Shown here: in pieces, positions 62,232-64,000 of the stretch
Numbering within the stretch: position 1 is the stretch's first letter
Layout: each line of letters opens with the position of its first letter
IMG/VR virus record: IMGVR_UViG_3300037483_000947
Source of the DNA: a virus
DNA: 64,000 bases
Direction: 5' to 3' (one strand)
Notes under the pieces: generated by a model
Seen by the model: only the letters and a program-made list of their open reading frames with translations
Database searches by the model: none
What the model was told of the DNA's origin: nothing
Translations under genes and position numbers: made by a program

Positions 62232-63221
62232 TTAATTTACTTTTGCCCATTCTGTACCTGTCCAGCGCTTTAAGACCCCGCCGGTGGTTAAATTAGGTAT
62301 CTCAAATTCAACTCCCGAAATCCGAACTCTCCTTTGACCCCCTGGCACTTCCATTTCTGCACCAGATACCAGAACTCGTCTTTGATATTCAGGTACTTCA
62401 AATTCACCGCCGCTTATATAAACCCGTCTTGGAGCATCCGGAATTTCCATCTCACCGCCTGATATTTCCCCTCTTCGAGGTGCATTGGGAACCTCAAACT
62501 CGCTTCCGCTTATTTGTCCCCTTCTTGGTGCTGTTGGAACCTCTAACTCCGCTCCTGAAATTTCACCTCTCCTGTCATTCACAAGAGCATCAGGTACTTC
62601 AAATTCAGCCCCGCTTATTTGAGACCGCCTTGGAGGATTAGGCACCTCAAACTCACCCCCTGAAATTTGACCCCTTCTCGGAGCTGCCGGGACTTCTAAC
62701 TCCGCTCCGCTTATATAAGCACGGTTCTCTGGCGGAGTATAAGTAACCTGTAATTCAATACAGGAATATCTTAACTGTGGATTTGCATCACCACTGAAAA
62801 ATCCAAATGCCTGAAGTGCATTCGCTCCAACACCGTTTATATCGTCAACCGTCCATGCAATGCCTGTTTTTGGATTGTTTGCCCAATTATCACTTCTTAC
62901 CGTTAAGGTTGTATTTGGATTATGTGTCGAAGCATTGTAATAATTTCCTCCAACCTTTAGCCGTCCGGCACTCTGATTTGTTCCTGATGATACGTCCCTG
63001 TCATAATATCTAACTTGAACTGAAATCCCCGTTGAACCTGCCGGAATATTAAAAGAACTATATCCAAAAGTTAAATTTCCTGCCGTCGTGCCATGGTCAA
63101 GAACATCATTCGGCACGGTGTCAGGATAATCATCTACTGCTTGATAACGTGTTCCCGCAGAACCTGTCCATGTCCCCGATACAGCTTCATCGCTTGTAGG
63201 CGCTCTGTTTTGTATTGCCAC
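62232..63221 (-). CDS. fibre-like protein with nine tandem 16-aa repeats
   Basis: N-terminal ~165-aa globular part, then ISGxExEVPxxPRRxx repeated nine times. Confidence 0.55.
   Translation of the reverse strand: MAIQNRAPTSDEAVSGTWTGSAGTRYQAVDDYPDTVPNDVLDHGTTAGNLTFGYSSFNIPAGSTGISVQVRYYDRDVSSGTNQSAGRLKVGGNYYNASTHNPNTTLTVRSDNWANNPKTGIAWTVDDINGVGANALQAFGFFSGDANPQLRYSCIELQVTYTPPENRAYISGAELEVPAAPRRGQISGGEFEVPNPPRRSQISGAEFEVPDALVNDRRGEISGAELEVPTAPRRGQISGSEFEVPNAPRRGEISGGEMEIPDAPRRVYISGGEFEVPEYQRRVLVSGAEMEVPGGQRRVRISGVEFEIPNLTTGGVLKRWTGTEWAKVN
62274..62714 (-). repeat. 9 x 48-nt in-frame tandem repeat (one unit 57 nt)
   Basis: Units ISGAELEVPAAPRRGQ / ISGGEFEVPNPPRRSQ / ISGAEFEVPDALVNDRRGE / ... 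/ ISGVEFEIPNLTTGGV (aa 170-316). Confidence 0.8.
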
Positions 63222-63234
63222 ATCCTGTTACTCC

Positions 63235-63681
63235 CTACACCTGATTACTTACAAATCTTAGATATAAATCTGCATAATTGGTAATTGCATCAGCTTCCCC
63301 CGCCGATAAAGTGAATGAATCATCGGTAAATACATTACTTATATTTGTGACCACCTTTTCGTGAATCAGTGTTCCCGGCGTTCCTTCATTAACATAGCCT
63401 TGTCTTAATTGAACCGTAAGATCAACCTGCGCCCCTCCGGCAGCATCTTTAGCATATTTAAAACGGATTATATGCCCGGATGATGACTGGGGGTCCTCAG
63501 CTGTGCTTAATTTTGTTACATAAACATCACTCGAAGGTGCAACAGCAGAACGTATATAATCCGCATCACTGAACGGGTATCCCTCGTCAATCGTAGTGTA
63601 AATATTCGTAATTCCTCCGACTTGGTCAGTGTAACCGTCACTGTTATAAGTATCCACAGATGGGTTAGATTTTTGTGCCAT
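63235..63681 (-). CDS. hypothetical structural protein
   Basis: 148-aa ORF. Weak resemblance to the N-terminal part of 62232-63221. Confidence 0.5.
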   Translation of the reverse strand: MAQKSNPSVDTYNSDGYTDQVGGITNIYTTIDEGYPFSDADYIRSAVAPSSDVYVTKLSTAEDPQSSSGHIIRFKYAKDAAGGAQVDLTVQLRQGYVNEGTPGTLIHEKVVTNISNVFTDDSFTLSAGEADAITNYADLYLRFVSNQV

Positions 63682-63684
63682 GGC

Positions 63685-63828
63685 TTATTCTCCTATTTTA
63701 ACTTCATAAATGTTGTAGTTATGTGTCGGATTATCATCAATATGTTTTTTCATCCCTCCTTCAGTCTTAAACGCTAAGGGGCTTCCATACCCCGCCTTCC
63801 CAAAATCTTCAATTAAGATGTAAATCAT
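63685..63828 (-). CDS. 47-aa hypothetical peptide (below ORF-track cutoff)
   Basis: MIYILIEDFGKAGYGSPLAFKTEGGMKKHIDDNPTHNYNIYEVKIGE, with AAAGGA upstream. Translated by hand. Confidence 0.35.
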   Translation of the reverse strand: MIYILIEDFGKAGYGSPLAFKTEGGMKKHIDDNPTHNYNIYEVKIGE

Positions 63829-63839
63829 TTTATTCCTTT

Positions 63840-64000
63840 CTAGGAAATATCAAGCCACAAATCATGAACCTGTGGATTTTCCGGAGGTGTTACCCCCACT
63901 GTTAATTTTAAACCGTTAATTCTGAGTGCATTATCAATAACCCCGTCACCATCTTCATCAAAGCCCTTTTGCTGTTCCTCTAGTGCATCCATCCTCTCAC
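63840..64000 (-). CDS. C-terminal end of a structural (fibre-like) protein; N-terminus outside window
   Basis: Open frame from the window edge to TAG at 63842-63840: ...GVIDNALRINGLKLTVGVTPPENPQVHDLWLDIS. Confidence 0.45.
   Translation of the reverse strand, partial: ERMDALEEQQKGFDEDGDGVIDNALRINGLKLTVGVTPPENPQVHDLWLDIS

Noticed and set aside
62274-62714. Tandem 48-nt repeats considered as a CRISPR-like or non-coding array.
   Set aside because: There are no unique spacers. The repeats are contiguous, in frame, and conserved at protein level inside a long ORF.
1-64000. Lysogeny or defence cassettes: integrase, CI/Cro-type repressor, toxin-antitoxin, restriction endonuclease partner for the methyltransferases.
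   Set aside because: I recognised none by motif. The two DNA methyltransferases appear to be orphans. Absence cannot be proven without profile searches of the many small ORFs.

Overview
The window is one nearly continuous minus-strand gene array from a tailed-phage genome. I saw no integrase, repressor, CRISPR array or rRNA. Genes are tightly packed, often with ATGA or TAATG stop/start overlaps, and several have AAGGAG-type ribosome-binding sites.

Layout, in transcription order (high to low coordinate):
- 64000-37605: a virion, injection and lysis block. It holds fibre-like proteins, one of them with nine tandem 16-aa repeats. It also holds a 4533-aa polyvalent protein (44680-58281) with ParB-like, SNF2 and HExxH modules and three ART-like modules. 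Secreted LamG/propeller-like proteins, a membrane-protein cluster and a holin/endolysin region follow.
- 37604-36693: the only large non-coding region, flanking the short plus-strand gene at 37082-37306.
- 36692-12794: an early/replication block of many small ORFs. Recognisable products are a RusA-like resolvase, a replication-initiator-like wHTH protein, a SPOUT RNA methyltransferase, DnaB and a DPPY methyltransferase. Also recognisable are a C5-cytosine methyltransferase with seven tandem TRD-like repeats, a P-loop NTPase, a JAB/MPN-like protein and GroES.
- 12778-1: tRNA-Asp(GUC), then the packaging/head block (TerS, TerL, portal, scaffold, candidate major capsid protein, further structural ORFs).

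Most unusual observations:
1. TerL carries a class-1 intein. Its centre is occupied by a free-standing HNH endonuclease gene in a different reading frame, yet the intein frame stays stop-free across that gene.
2. A second HNH gene lies antisense in the early operon and has a codon-aligned, fully open frame on the operon strand.
3. The capsid and scaffold proteins share an N-terminal hydrophobic leader that is conserved at protein level but not at nucleotide level.
4. Several families of short GC-rich word repeats, often with 9-nt phase, sit in frame inside unrelated genes. They include an 18-nt exact repeat with a covarying stem.

All functional calls rest on motifs read by eye and on gene order. 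No database search was run.
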